Notes: generated by a model from the sequence alone, not told the origin. 41,157 nt of DNA from Arenibacter sp. (GCA_041582955.1 JBFHGV010000001.1:1-41157); one strand, 5' to 3'. Numbered from the stretch's first letter, positions 27,587 to 37,571 are shown. Program-made: numbers and translations.

Positions 27587-28195
27587 TCAATTCATTGAAG
27601 TTTTGCCATTTCGATATCCACTGCCATTGCCATTTTCCAAAAAATTTCCAGAATCCTCAATCATTTTTATAGTGCTTTCATTTATTATTTCTATGGTTCC
27701 ATACAATTGGTCTTCACCAACCGGTATATCGCCCCATTTAAAAAAGACTAGGTTGCCCTTTATTGATCCATGATATACATGGCACCATTTGCTTCCTGTT
27801 GCGGCTTCGTTCGTATGCTTATTCATCCCTAGCCAAAATACTTGATCGTCGATTACCTTTACACAAAATGGGTTTTCTTCCTTAGACATCCAAAAACCTG
27901 ATTTAATGGTATCTAGTTTCATATTGTAAGGTGACATTTCTCTATGGTATCCTAAAATTTCTTTTCCTATTTACGTTTTATTGTCTTGTTTTAGGATTTC
28001 ATTCGTGCAAATATCAGCATATAAAATATTTACATCCGGATTGTCGAAAATATAATTTGCTGCAATAATCTTCGTAGTATTTTTTTCTTCGCACTTATCA
28101 TAAGGATAAGAGCTTATATATGAACTGAATACAAGAAAGAAAATTCTCCAAAGATTAATAAAAATTGACCTAATTGAGATCATTTTCTTCATCAT
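27587..28195 (-). pseudogene. Hypothetical protein interrupted by an in-frame TAA
   Basis: ORFs 27971-28195 and 27587-27937 share one frame. The 11 codons between them (IGKEILGYHRE) are sense codons, so the only break is TAA at 27971-27973. Confidence 0.6.
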
Positions 28196-28228
28196 TGACC
28201 AATGTCTGATTTAAAAAATTGCAAAATA

Positions 28229-28246
28229 AATAGAACGATCTCTATT
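28229..28246. promoter_or_regulatory. Operator-like inverted repeat before the divergent pseudogene
   Basis: AATAGA-ACGATC-TCTATT; shares ACGA and TCTATTATTAAA with the 29032 site, but the spacer is 2 bp shorter. Confidence 0.5.
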
Positions 28247-28356
28247 ATTAAAAAGATTATGGTGGGTGAGTTGTAGGATTCCACTGGAAATATAGGATTA
28301 GGACGGTTAACAGTTGCAAAAGAAATGTTTTGGTAATAATTAACATTATTAAATTA

Positions 28357-28406
28357 GGAAACGACTGGTCTATTATATTACATTTGTAAAATAAACTAAG
28401 GGTCTA
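28357..28406 (+). promoter_or_regulatory. nemR-like promoter: -7 element flanked by two NemR-box-like operators
   Basis: GGAAACGACTGGTCTA (28357-28372), TACATTTG (-7 element, 28379-28386), ATAAACTAAGGGTCTA (28391-28406). Confidence 0.75.
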
Positions 28407-28409
28407 ATT

Positions 28410-28997
28410 ATGGCTAAGCATGATATAAATGAAATATTAGAGAAAGGAATAGAACTCTTTCGCCTTAATGGTTATCACAATACTGGTATAAGGGATATTC
28501 TGAAGGCTTGTGGAATGCCAAAGGGATCTTTTTATCATTCTTTTGAAAGTAAGGAAGATTTTGTTATCAAGGCTATCTTGCACTTTGAAGAGGTTATTGG
28601 AAGAGATTTTGAAAAAAATCTGACAGATGAGTCACTTTCATATTATGAACGGTTACGGAATCATTTTGAGATACATATTAAATGGTATACAGAGAACGAT
28701 TTTAAGGTAGGTTGTCTTTTGGGAAATTTAAGCACTGAAGTTGCGGGCACTATAGATCCAGTATCCAAGGTAATTTCCGGAGTTTACGATAGATGGAGCA
28801 TAGGACTGGCTCAGTTTATTAAAAAAGGTCAGCAAAATGGGGATATTATCGATAATATCGATCCACTGTCTTTGGCGAACTACCTTTTTAATAGTTTTAA
28901 CGGCGCATTGGGGAGAATGAAAGTAGAACGATGCCGTGAACCGTTGGATCATTTTCTGTCGATCAACATGGCCTTTATAAAGAAGGAAAAAAAATAG
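28410..28997 (+). CDS. nemR: TetR family repressor, NemR-like
   Basis: HTH 'GYHNTGIRDILKACGMPKGSFYHSFESKE', conserved 'GCLLGN' cysteine; lies directly upstream of an Old Yellow Enzyme gene. Confidence 0.85.
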   Translation: MAKHDINEILEKGIELFRLNGYHNTGIRDILKACGMPKGSFYHSFESKEDFVIKAILHFEEVIGRDFEKNLTDESLSYYERLRNHFEIHIKWYTENDFKVGCLLGNLSTEVAGTIDPVSKVISGVYDRWSIGLAQFIKKGQQNGDIIDNIDPLSLANYLFNSFNGALGRMKVERCREPLDHFLSINMAFIKKEKK

Positions 28998-29021
28998 CCG
29001 GATAATTCATGCTATTTTTTT
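28988..29021 (+). terminator. Stem-loop/terminator overlapping the nemR stop codon
   Basis: AAAAAAATAGC (28988-28998) / GCTATTTTTTT (29011-29021). Confidence 0.55.
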
Positions 29022-29031
29022 ACCCAAAACC

Positions 29032-29047
29032 ATAAACGAACGGTCTA
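29032..29047 (+). promoter_or_regulatory. NemR-box-like operator upstream of the alkene reductase
   Basis: ATAAACGAACGGTCTA, 14/16 identical to the 28391 site. Confidence 0.7.
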
Positions 29048-29077
29048 TTATTAAATATATAAATTAAATTTAGAAAA

Positions 29078-30154
29078 ATGAAAACTTTTGAACCATTCAA
29101 TTTATCAGGTCAAATATTGAAGAACAAGATTGTAATGGCACCTATGACACGTAGCAGGGCCATTGACAATATTCCGAACAACCTTATGAAGGATTACTAT
29201 TCCCAGCGTTCCGGAGCTGGCCTCATCCTGTCCGAGGCAACTGCCGTATCAGCCAATGGAACGGGTTATCCGCGTATTCCTGGAGCTTACACGGACGATC
29301 AGATTGAGGGGTGGAAGAACGTGGCAAAAGGGGCACACAATCAAGGAGGCATATTTTATGTCCAACTTTTTCATACTGGTCGTGTTTCTTCGTCTTTGAA
29401 TTTACCAGAAGGAGGTGAGACCATTGCACCTTCTGTCGTACCATTGACGGAAATGGAAATGTACACCGACCAAAAGGGTATGCAACCGCACGACGTACCA
29501 AGGGAAATGACAATTGGGGACATTCTCCAAGTGCAGGACGAGTACGTAAAGGCTGCCAAAGGTCTAATTGAATCCGGTATTGACGGAATTGAAATTCACA
29601 GTGCCAATGGGTATCTTTTGGATCAATTTTTAGACCCAGGAACAAATCAACGAACCGATGAATACGGTGGAAATTTCAAAAATAGAGCAAAGTTCACCTT
29701 AGAAACTACACAAAAGGTAGCTGATGCGATTGGGGCTGACAAAGTTGGTATACGATTTTCCCCATACGGTGTTCTTCACGGAATGACTGGCGACTATCCT
29801 GAAATCACAGAAGTATATACCTATTTGGCCAAGGAACTATCAAAAATGGGTATTTCATACATTCATATTGCCGACCAACGGGCCGCGATGGCCGCGCCGG
29901 AATTCGCAACACAGATTTGGAAGACCATTGGTGCAAATTTTAACGGGGTCATGCTCGGAGGTGGCGACGTAAGCACAGCTCATAGAGCCGAAGAACTATT
30001 GAATGACGGGTACGACCTCGTCTATATTGGGAGACCTTTTATTGCCAACCCCAATTTGGTAGAAAAACTCAGGAACAAGGAAGAACTGACAACGTTAGAT
30101 CCAGACAAATTCTATTCACCTGGAGCCGATGGGTACACCGATTGGGCCTATTGA
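29078..30154 (+). CDS. nemA: Old Yellow Enzyme family alkene reductase (NemA-like)
   Basis: 'MAPMTRSRA', 'QLFHTGR', 'EIHSANGYLLDQF', 'NQRTDEYGG', 'GRPFIANPNL', 'GYTD'. Confidence 0.93.
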   Translation: MKTFEPFNLSGQILKNKIVMAPMTRSRAIDNIPNNLMKDYYSQRSGAGLILSEATAVSANGTGYPRIPGAYTDDQIEGWKNVAKGAHNQGGIFYVQLFHTGRVSSSLNLPEGGETIAPSVVPLTEMEMYTDQKGMQPHDVPREMTIGDILQVQDEYVKAAKGLIESGIDGIEIHSANGYLLDQFLDPGTNQRTDEYGGNFKNRAKFTLETTQKVADAIGADKVGIRFSPYGVLHGMTGDYPEITEVYTYLAKELSKMGISYIHIADQRAAMAAPEFATQIWKTIGANFNGVMLGGGDVSTAHRAEELLNDGYDLVYIGRPFIANPNLVEKLRNKEELTTLDPDKFYSPGADGYTDWAY

Positions 30155-30395
30155 GTAATAAAGGAAATTACTAATTTTTTTTCTGTTGGCACAGCCTAGG
30201 AAGATATGCTTGAGGAAATCATCACTGCTAGCATGAAAATATTCATCCATTCAATAGTTCAAGGCTAGTTTTATAAGATGTGCACACCTAACTAAAAGTT
30301 AAAATCTAATATTAAATCAATGTTTTGAGGGATTTACCGACATTAAGAAAAAAGAAAAGTGTTGGCAGTTCCCCAACATTTGTAAAACACATAAT

Positions 30396-30947
30396 ATGTC
30401 TATTGTACAATCAAATATGATGAAATTAGGGACTAAAGCTCCTGCTTTTCATTTACTGGACACAATATCAAAGGAAAGGCTATCATTTTCGGATCTAAGA
30501 TCCGATATCTCGACTGTAGTTGTCTTTATATGTAACCATTGTCCTTTCGTACACCATATCAACCAAAGGTTGGTGGAGATAGCGAACGAATATCAGGAAA
30601 AAGGGGTGAGGTTCATCGCTATATGTAGTAACGATGTGGATTACTATCCACAAGACGGTCCAGAAATGATGAGCCGTGTCGCTGAAAATATGGATTACCC
30701 GTTTCCTTACCTCTATGATGAGACACAAGAAGTTGCACGGGCCTACCAAGCGGAGTGTACACCTGATTTTTTCGTGTTCGATGGAAATTCAGAGCTTGCC
30801 TATAGAGGTCGTTTTGATGAATCAAGACCCAATATGGGAGCAGCATCGGGTAGGGAACTATCTACGGCTCTTAATGCGCTGTTGGAAGGAGAAGTAGTTT
30901 CCGAAAATCAATATCCGAGTATTGGTTGCAGCATTAAATGGAAGTAA
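30396..30947 (+). CDS. Thioredoxin-fold AhpC/TSA-like protein
   Basis: 'FICNHCPFV', 'YPFPYLYDETQEVARAY', 'CTPDFF', 'YRGRFD', 'SIGCSIKWK'. Confidence 0.9.
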   Translation: MSIVQSNMMKLGTKAPAFHLLDTISKERLSFSDLRSDISTVVVFICNHCPFVHHINQRLVEIANEYQEKGVRFIAICSNDVDYYPQDGPEMMSRVAENMDYPFPYLYDETQEVARAYQAECTPDFFVFDGNSELAYRGRFDESRPNMGAASGRELSTALNALLEGEVVSENQYPSIGCSIKWK

Positions 30948-30981
30948 AAATCAATAATAATCTACTTTAAAAATCATTACA

Positions 30982-31758
30982 ATGAAAAAAACACTATTTA
31001 CATCAATCCTTGTCGTCTGCACTGCTCTAGGTTCAGCACAGACTCCACAGGAGGTACTTGCCCTGGCCGTGGAGGCCATAGGCGGAAAGAAAAATTTCTA
31101 CAGCAAGAAGACAGTGACCTATGACTATGAGTACCGCGCTCCCGGTGGCGGGAACGCCCTTACCCTGGTTGGCAAGGAAACCTATATGTTTAGCGGGGAA
31201 CGTTCCTATGCAACGTATTCTACCCACTCCCTTAGCGGCACCAACGGAAAGATCGTAGAGGGTTATAATGGGGTGGATGCCTGGGTAACCTTTGATGGTA
31301 AGGTCTCATACGACGAAAAGGCCAATAGTGTGGCACGATTTCTTAGAAAGACTAATTATTATTGGTTTGCTATGTTCTACAAGTTGCTCGACCCTGGGGT
31401 TAACCAGGCATTCTTGAGCGACCAAAAGGTCAATGGAGAGGACTATAAACGCATCAAAATTACTTTTGGGGAAAATGTAGGAGACGTGCAGGACACCTAT
31501 GTCATTTATGTCAATAAAAGAACCAAATTGATAGATCAGTTCTTATTTAACATTTTAGGTTTCGGTGTAAAAGATCCCTATTTGATGACTTTTAAGTACA
31601 CCACCGTGGACGGTGTTAAGATTCCCAATAAGAGAAGGTACATTGAAGCTGATTGGGAAGGAAATGTCAAGGGAAAAGCGTACTACATCACCAACTGGAC
31701 CAACATTAAATTTGGAGTAGACGTCGATAAGACCATGTTCGAAAAGCCGATAAAATAA
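30982..31758 (+). CDS. Exported hypothetical protein (DUF6503 / LolA-like fold)
   Basis: Signal peptide; 'AVEAIGG', 'YWFAMFYKLLDPGV', 'ITFGENVGD..DTYVIY'. Confidence 0.65.
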   Translation: MKKTLFTSILVVCTALGSAQTPQEVLALAVEAIGGKKNFYSKKTVTYDYEYRAPGGGNALTLVGKETYMFSGERSYATYSTHSLSGTNGKIVEGYNGVDAWVTFDGKVSYDEKANSVARFLRKTNYYWFAMFYKLLDPGVNQAFLSDQKVNGEDYKRIKITFGENVGDVQDTYVIYVNKRTKLIDQFLFNILGFGVKDPYLMTFKYTTVDGVKIPNKRRYIEADWEGNVKGKAYYITNWTNIKFGVDVDKTMFEKPIK

Positions 31759-31787
31759 TCATTTAATTAATTTTTATTGATCAAAAG

Positions 31788-31834
31788 TGCCTCTGGCGAT
31801 TTCCGTGATTCACTGGACTCCAGAGGCAATTTTT
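31788..31834 (+). terminator. Probable intrinsic terminator
   Basis: TGCCTCTGG (31788-31796) / CCAGAGGCA (31820-31828) followed by ATTTTT, 30 nt after the upstream stop; the loop is long (23 nt). Confidence 0.55.
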
Positions 31835-32044
31835 ATAAAAAACGGCAGGAAGAAAGCTGTAAATACACTTTTGATCAAAGGAAAGCATTGGTTTCGTGCA
31901 ATACTGATAATATTGTACTAACGAACAGCTCAATAAAATGGTTGCCTATGTTATTTAAAAGGAGTTTTGTTGCTCTATTATTTTTTCATATCTAGGTAAG
32001 CAATAAGAATTTTATTCGTCTTATTGAATAGATTCTTTATATAA

Positions 32045-32767
32045 GTGATGAAACAGGCCTGCGGAACATTCGTGAAATTGGACCAGAAAAACACAGCCCT
32101 TCTTGTATTTTCTCTTTCGGCTGAAATGGAAATATGTAGGAAATCCATTTTTCATAGGCACCAAAAAAGGGAGAATACGGCCTTTTTTAATTTATTGATA
32201 CAAGAAACCAAGGATTTAGCTTACCAAAGTGGAATTGATGTTTTTTGGGTGGATGAGCACCAGCAGATTGGTGATGATTTTTCAAGCCGTTTTGCAAATG
32301 CATTTCAAGGGTTGTTTGACAAGGGTTATGAAAATGTAGTTTCTATAGGCAATGATTGCCCGGATATGACCCATCAGCTCTTGCAGGATGCCATTGAAAA
32401 AGTGCGGACCAAAAGGCTAGTAATAGGTCCTTCCAAGGATGGTGGAGTATACCTTTTGGGAATCAATAGGCAGATATTTGATAAAATAAAATTTCAACAG
32501 TTACCATGGCAAACTTCGGGGTTACAGCATGGTTTGGTCAAATATTTTAATTCACAAAAAATTGAATGTTATTTGTTCCATGAACTTAACGATTTGGATC
32601 TTTTCAGGGATGTACTACACTATGCTAAATCCAACCCTTCTAGAATTATAAGCAGGTTTTTCAAGGTAATAACAATATCAAAGAGGAGTGTATTGCCTGT
32701 TGCAAACAATTTAATTCAATCATTATTACGGTATTCATATATGGGGCTCAGTCCCCCTGTCGTTTAA
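32045..32767 (+). CDS. DUF2064 / TIGR04282-like CofC-fold glycosyltransferase-like protein
   Basis: 'TALLVFS', 'QIGDDFSSRFANAF', 'VVSIGNDCP', 'VIGPSKDGGVYLLG', 'LPWQT', 'LNDLD'. True start may be GTG 32072. C-terminal tail ends GLSPPVV. Confidence 0.85.
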   Translation: MMKQACGTFVKLDQKNTALLVFSLSAEMEICRKSIFHRHQKRENTAFFNLLIQETKDLAYQSGIDVFWVDEHQQIGDDFSSRFANAFQGLFDKGYENVVSIGNDCPDMTHQLLQDAIEKVRTKRLVIGPSKDGGVYLLGINRQIFDKIKFQQLPWQTSGLQHGLVKYFNSQKIECYLFHELNDLDLFRDVLHYAKSNPSRIISRFFKVITISKRSVLPVANNLIQSLLRYSYMGLSPPVV

Positions 32768-32797
32768 TTACTTCCCGTTGTAAAAATCTATGAAGTT

Positions 32798-32824
32798 AAT
32801 GGACACTTTATTATTAGGTCCATT
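32798..32824 (+). promoter_or_regulatory. Stem-loop between the DUF2064 gene and the second susC
   Basis: AATGGAC (32798-32804) / GTCCATT (32818-32824), 20 nt before the susC ATG; followed by the palindrome GTTTAATTAAAC. Confidence 0.45.
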
Positions 32825-32844
32825 GTTTAATTAAACTAATTAAT

Positions 32845-35800
32845 ATGAAATCAATACCAATTGTTGCTTTGCAATTGTTCGTGTTGACCTTGTTTGCGCA
32901 GGGAAGCACATATAATTCAAGGGTGTTGGACAGTAATGGGCAGTCAATTCCTTTCGCTGCTGTAATTGAAGAGGGAACCCAAAATTATACGACCGCGGAT
33001 GAAAATGGGTACTTTGAGTTAAGGACCGGATCAGAAAATTTTGTCCTTCAAATTTCCTCCATAGGGTATAAGACCCTTAATTATGAAGTGGTGGACGGCC
33101 AGTTCCCCTTTAGACTTGTTATGACAGCTTCCCAAGAGCAGTTAGAGGAAGTGGTGGTAACGGCGTTGGGTATTGGAAAAGCTCGACGCGCTTTGGTCTC
33201 CTCCGTATCCACAGTTAGTTCTGACAAGTTGGTCACAGTCCCGCAGACCAATCTTGTTAATGGTTTGGCCGGGCAGGTTGCCGGGGTGCAAATTACCAAC
33301 GGCTCCAGTGGCGTGGGATCCTCATCCAGAATCATTATCCGGGGGGAAAATTCCTTGAGTGGTAGCAATCAGCCTCTTTTCGTGGTAGATGGTGTTCCCA
33401 TAAGTAATGATCAGATTACAAGTGATCTGGTCAATAATGGCTCGTTACAGGAAGTGGATTATGGAAATGGTGGCGCTGAGTTTAGTCCAGACGATATTGA
33501 ATCCATTTCAATATTAAAAGGTGCCGGTTCCGCAGCACTTTATGGTGCCAGGGCAGCCAACGGAGTTGTTCTCATCACTACCAAACGAGGGAAAGCGATC
33601 AAAGGTTTTGGGGTAAGTCTAAATAGTAATTTTACCGTTGAAAGCTTACTTACATTGCCCGATTATCAGAACGCCTATGGGTTAGGGGCTAATGGAGCAT
33701 ATGCATTTCAGGATGGTGTTGGCGCCGGCATAGGTGATGGTGGTATTAGTAGTTATGGGCCGCGATTGGATGCTGGACTTTTGATTCCACAATTTGATAG
33801 TCCGTCCGTGGATGTTAATGGTAATCCCGTGAGGGCGGCTGATGTCATTTCCCGTAGGTTTGCCGATGGCTCCTTTACTCCAATAACGCCTACCCCTTGG
33901 GTGGCAAGACCTAACAATGTTCGGGACTTTTTTGAAACAGGGATTACCTATCAAAATAATATAGCAATAAGCAATTCAGGAGATAACGGCAGTAGTCGGT
34001 TATCCTACAGTAGTTTGCGCAATGAGGGCATGGTACCAAATACGGACCTCAAGAGAGACGGGATTGCCTTAAGCCTTGATCAAATTTTGAGCGACAAACT
34101 TCAGGTGAATGCTTTTGTAAATTATATTAACACCCGAAGTGGTAACCGCCCCAATTTGGGCTATGGTTATGAAAACGTGCTATATGGGTTTAATTGGACA
34201 GGGAGGCAGGCCAATATAGAACCGCTCAAGAACTATTGGCAGGCAGGCCAGACTGGTCGCCAACATTTTGACATCAACTACCTGTGGTTGACCAACCCTT
34301 ACCTTACCCTATTTGAAAATACCAATAGTTTTAACAAGAATAGGGTTTTGGGAAATATATCCGCAAACTACGACTTTTCAGATTATCTCTCCCTCAAAAT
34401 CCGGACAGGTCTGGATAATTACAGTGAAAACAGGGAGTTTAGAAGGGCGGTAAGTACCAATGCAAACCCATTTGGATCATTTCGCAAAGATGATCTACGG
34501 TTTACTGAATTGAATACGGATTTTTTGTTGACGTACAAGAATAATATTAATCAAGATTGGCTATATACCCTGACTGCTGGGGGCAACCGATTTGACCAAA
34601 AAATAAACTATTCTTATGCTGCCGCTTCACAGTTGGCCATTCCTGAAATTTACACATTGGCCAATTCTAGGGCTCCACTATTGGGAAACAGTGAAAACTT
34701 GGACAAGCGGGTCAACAGTATTTATAGTACTGTCAATTTTGAGTACCGGAACCACTTTTTTGTAGACCTTACCTATCGCAATGATTGGAGTAGTACCCTG
34801 CCGGATGGCAATAACTCCTTTGGGTATTACTCGGCAGGTCTTAGTTATATGGTCTCTAACGGTCTAAGATTGCCCGAAGCGATCTCTTTCTTGAAGTTTA
34901 GGTTAAGTGCCGCCTCGGTGGGCAATGATACAGATCCTTTTCAAGATACCCAGACTTTTCTGCTGAACGGCAATTATGGTTCAAACTTCAGGGTTACCAA
35001 CCAAACCATCCTAAAAAACACCGATCTAAAGCCGGAACGTCTTGACGCCTATGAAGGAGGAATGGAGGCTTGGCTCTTTAATGGTAGGATACAGTTTGAA
35101 GGTTCCATTTATGAAAATTTAAGTAAATACCAAATTATATCAAGACCCATATCCAATGCCACGGGCTTTAACAGCTTTAATGAAAATGGAGGTAAGATTA
35201 GGACACGTGGACTTGAATTAATGTTAAGTGCCTCGCCCATAAAGACTCTGGATTTTAATTGGAATACCTCCTTAAATTTTAGCACTTATAGGAGCGTGGT
35301 CACCGAATTGCCTGAAGGCGTGGATCAATTTGTAACCACTACAGCCAATGTTTTTAGTGGGAGTGGCGGTTCCAATACAGTTTTTTATATTGCGCGCGAA
35401 GGTGGACGGGTAGGGGATATGTACGGCACGGGCTTTGTGCAAATAGAGGGGCAGGATCTTTATGATGCCAACGGTTTACCGGTACAGGATGCCAAGCTAC
35501 GGAAACTGGGCAACTACAATCCGGATTTTTCGGTGGGATTCAACAATAGTTTTTCTTATAAGAATTTTCATTTTTCATTTTTGTTCGATTGGCGTCATGG
35601 CGGAACCATTGTATCGCGTATCAAGGCCTTGGGAAGTACATCCGGTGTTCTAAAAGAAACCTTGCAGGGCCGTGAAGGAGGTTCAGCAAGCACGGCGTTT
35701 GTGGATGGTAGTGGTGTTGTGGGGGAAGGTGTGGTAAATGTAGGTTCTGCAGACAGCCCAGTATATGTTCCCAATACCACCGCAGTTGCTGCAAATAGGT

Positions 35801-36096
35801 TCAATAATGCCTATTATGACCGTGGCAATGAAGTCAGTGCCCTGTATGATGCCTCTTATTTGAAATTAAGGCAAATGAGTGTCTATTATACTTTCCCGGC
35901 ACAAATGGCTAAATCCATAGGAGTGCAACAGCTAAAGATAGGGCTTATAGGTAGCAACTTGCTACTGTTCACTGAAAACCCGCATTTTGACCCAGAATTA
36001 AATGCCTTCCAGGAACGCAATGTTGTATATGGGGTTGAGGACTTTTCCTATCCATCAAGTAGAAGTTATGGTATTAGCCTTAAAACAAATTTTTAA
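32845..36096 (+). CDS. susC: SusC/RagA family TonB-dependent transporter
   Basis: 'LEEVVVTALGI', 'QPLFVVDGVPI', 'DDIESISILKGAGSAALYGARAANGVVLITTKRG', C-terminal 'YPSSRSYGISLKTNF'. Confidence 0.97.
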   Translation: MKSIPIVALQLFVLTLFAQGSTYNSRVLDSNGQSIPFAAVIEEGTQNYTTADENGYFELRTGSENFVLQISSIGYKTLNYEVVDGQFPFRLVMTASQEQLEEVVVTALGIGKARRALVSSVSTVSSDKLVTVPQTNLVNGLAGQVAGVQITNGSSGVGSSSRIIIRGENSLSGSNQPLFVVDGVPISNDQITSDLVNNGSLQEVDYGNGGAEFSPDDIESISILKGAGSAALYGARAANGVVLITTKRGKAIKGFGVSLNSNFTVESLLTLPDYQNAYGLGANGAYAFQDGVGAGIGDGGISSYGPRLDAGLLIPQFDSPSVDVNGNPVRAADVISRRFADGSFTPITPTPWVARPNNVRDFFETGITYQNNIAISNSGDNGSSRLSYSSLRNEGMVPNTDLKRDGIALSLDQILSDKLQVNAFVNYINTRSGNRPNLGYGYENVLYGFNWTGRQANIEPLKNYWQAGQTGRQHFDINYLWLTNPYLTLFENTNSFNKNRVLGNISANYDFSDYLSLKIRTGLDNYSENREFRRAVSTNANPFGSFRKDDLRFTELNTDFLLTYKNNINQDWLYTLTAGGNRFDQKINYSYAAASQLAIPEIYTLANSRAPLLGNSENLDKRVNSIYSTVNFEYRNHFFVDLTYRNDWSSTLPDGNNSFGYYSAGLSYMVSNGLRLPEAISFLKFRLSAASVGNDTDPFQDTQTFLLNGNYGSNFRVTNQTILKNTDLKPERLDAYEGGMEAWLFNGRIQFEGSIYENLSKYQIISRPISNATGFNSFNENGGKIRTRGLELMLSASPIKTLDFNWNTSLNFSTYRSVVTELPEGVDQFVTTTANVFSGSGGSNTVFYIAREGGRVGDMYGTGFVQIEGQDLYDANGLPVQDAKLRKLGNYNPDFSVGFNNSFSYKNFHFSFLFDWRHGGTIVSRIKALGSTSGVLKETLQGREGGSASTAFVDGSGVVGEGVVNVGSADSPVYVPNTTAVAANRFNNAYYDRGNEVSALYDASYLKLRQMSVYYTFPAQMAKSIGVQQLKIGLIGSNLLLFTENPHFDPELNAFQERNVVYGVEDFSYPSSRSYGISLKTNF

Positions 36097-36105
36097 TAAT
36101 GGTCT

Positions 36106-37551
36106 ATGAAAAACTCACTATTGCTTTTAGTTTCTTTTTTAAGCTTGTTCAATTCAAGCTGTACGGAAGACTTTGGCACCATAAACGATAACCCCAATTC
36201 CCCTCAGGAAGTAAGTCCGGAGTTCCTGTTGACCAATGTTATTGCGGCCCAAATTAATGAGCACACCTATAATCAAGGTCTTAGGCTCAATAATTACTTG
36301 GCACAATTCAATGCAGATATTGAATTTGAACGTATTGACCGGTATGAACTGGGTAGCAATAGCGGTTATTGGAATTTGATTTACGGTCTGTTGGCCGATT
36401 TGGAATCCATGAAAATCTTGCCAGGTTATAATGAGGCCTACGATGGAGTGGCCGAAATTTTGCGAAGTTATCTATTTTCACAACTTTCTGATATGTGGGG
36501 CGATGTGCCTTATAACGAGGCCATAAAGTTCAACGAACTTAATTTTACGCCAACTTATGATGCTCAGGAACGTATTTATACGGACCCTGAAACCGGCATA
36601 TTGGCGCGATTGGAATCTGCCGTGGCACAGCTTCAAAATACTACCGAGAGTATTCAGGGCGATATTATCTTCGGAAATGATTTGTCAGGGTGGATTAGAT
36701 TTGCGAACTCGCTTCAGGTTCGTTATTACCTTCGCATCAGTAAGCGGGTGACGGATTTTGGGAAATTACAGGAATTGGTCGATGGGGAAATGCTTATGCA
36801 GTCCAATGAAGACAATGCCATTGTGCCGTATTTAAATTCTGCTCCAAATCAATTTCCTTTGTATAATGCTTCCACAGGTATTTTTCAAGGATTAAAAATG
36901 AGCGAAACCTTAGAGAACATATTAAAGAGTTGGGATGACCCTAGGATTTCCGTTTTTTATAATCCCACTCAAGAAAGCATACTTGCTGGAACCCCGGAAT
37001 ATAAAGGAATGCCTAACGGGCTTAGCACCCAGACCATAAGTGAAAGGGGAATCGTTCTTAATGATGTTTCCAACCTGGACGATAGGTTTAGGGTAGTCCC
37101 TGATGGGGTGGATGCCCAGATTATGCTCTATTCGGAAGTACAATTTGCGTTGGCCGAAGCTGTGGAGAGAGGGTACATCACAGGAAATGCCCAGACCTAT
37201 TACAATAATGGTATACAGGCACATTTTGAGTATTACGATACACAGGTGCCAGCAGACTACTTTGAACGAGAAGCCATTGCTTTAAATAGTAGCACGAGTG
37301 AAAACCTTGATAAAATTTTAACCCAAAAGTGGTTCAGCCTTTTTATGGTGGGTCACGAGGCCTGGTTCAATATTCGGCGTACGGGCATCCCGGAATTGAC
37401 CGTGGGTCTGGACAATTTTAACAACGACCAATACCCAACACGATACTTGTATCCTGAGTCTGAACAAGCGGCAAATAGCGCAAATTACGATATAGCCGTT
37501 TCCCGCATTGGTGGGGATAATATTAACATCAAGAATTGGTGGGAAAAGTAA
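36106..37551 (+). CDS. susD: SusD/RagB family lipoprotein (SusD-like_2 type)
   Basis: Lipobox 'FNSSC' + 'TEDFGTINDNPN'; 'WGDVPYNEA', 'WIRFANSL', 'QKWFSLF', 'EAWFNIRRTG', 'PTRYLYP', 'WWEK'. Confidence 0.95.
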   Translation: MKNSLLLLVSFLSLFNSSCTEDFGTINDNPNSPQEVSPEFLLTNVIAAQINEHTYNQGLRLNNYLAQFNADIEFERIDRYELGSNSGYWNLIYGLLADLESMKILPGYNEAYDGVAEILRSYLFSQLSDMWGDVPYNEAIKFNELNFTPTYDAQERIYTDPETGILARLESAVAQLQNTTESIQGDIIFGNDLSGWIRFANSLQVRYYLRISKRVTDFGKLQELVDGEMLMQSNEDNAIVPYLNSAPNQFPLYNASTGIFQGLKMSETLENILKSWDDPRISVFYNPTQESILAGTPEYKGMPNGLSTQTISERGIVLNDVSNLDDRFRVVPDGVDAQIMLYSEVQFALAEAVERGYITGNAQTYYNNGIQAHFEYYDTQVPADYFEREAIALNSSTSENLDKILTQKWFSLFMVGHEAWFNIRRTGIPELTVGLDNFNNDQYPTRYLYPESEQAANSANYDIAVSRIGGDNINIKNWWEK

Positions 37552-37571
37552 ATTGACAATAACAATAACAC

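Noticed and set aside
31777-31995. 72-aa ORF upstream of the DUF2064 gene
   Set aside because: TTG start, runs through a terminator hairpin, no motif.
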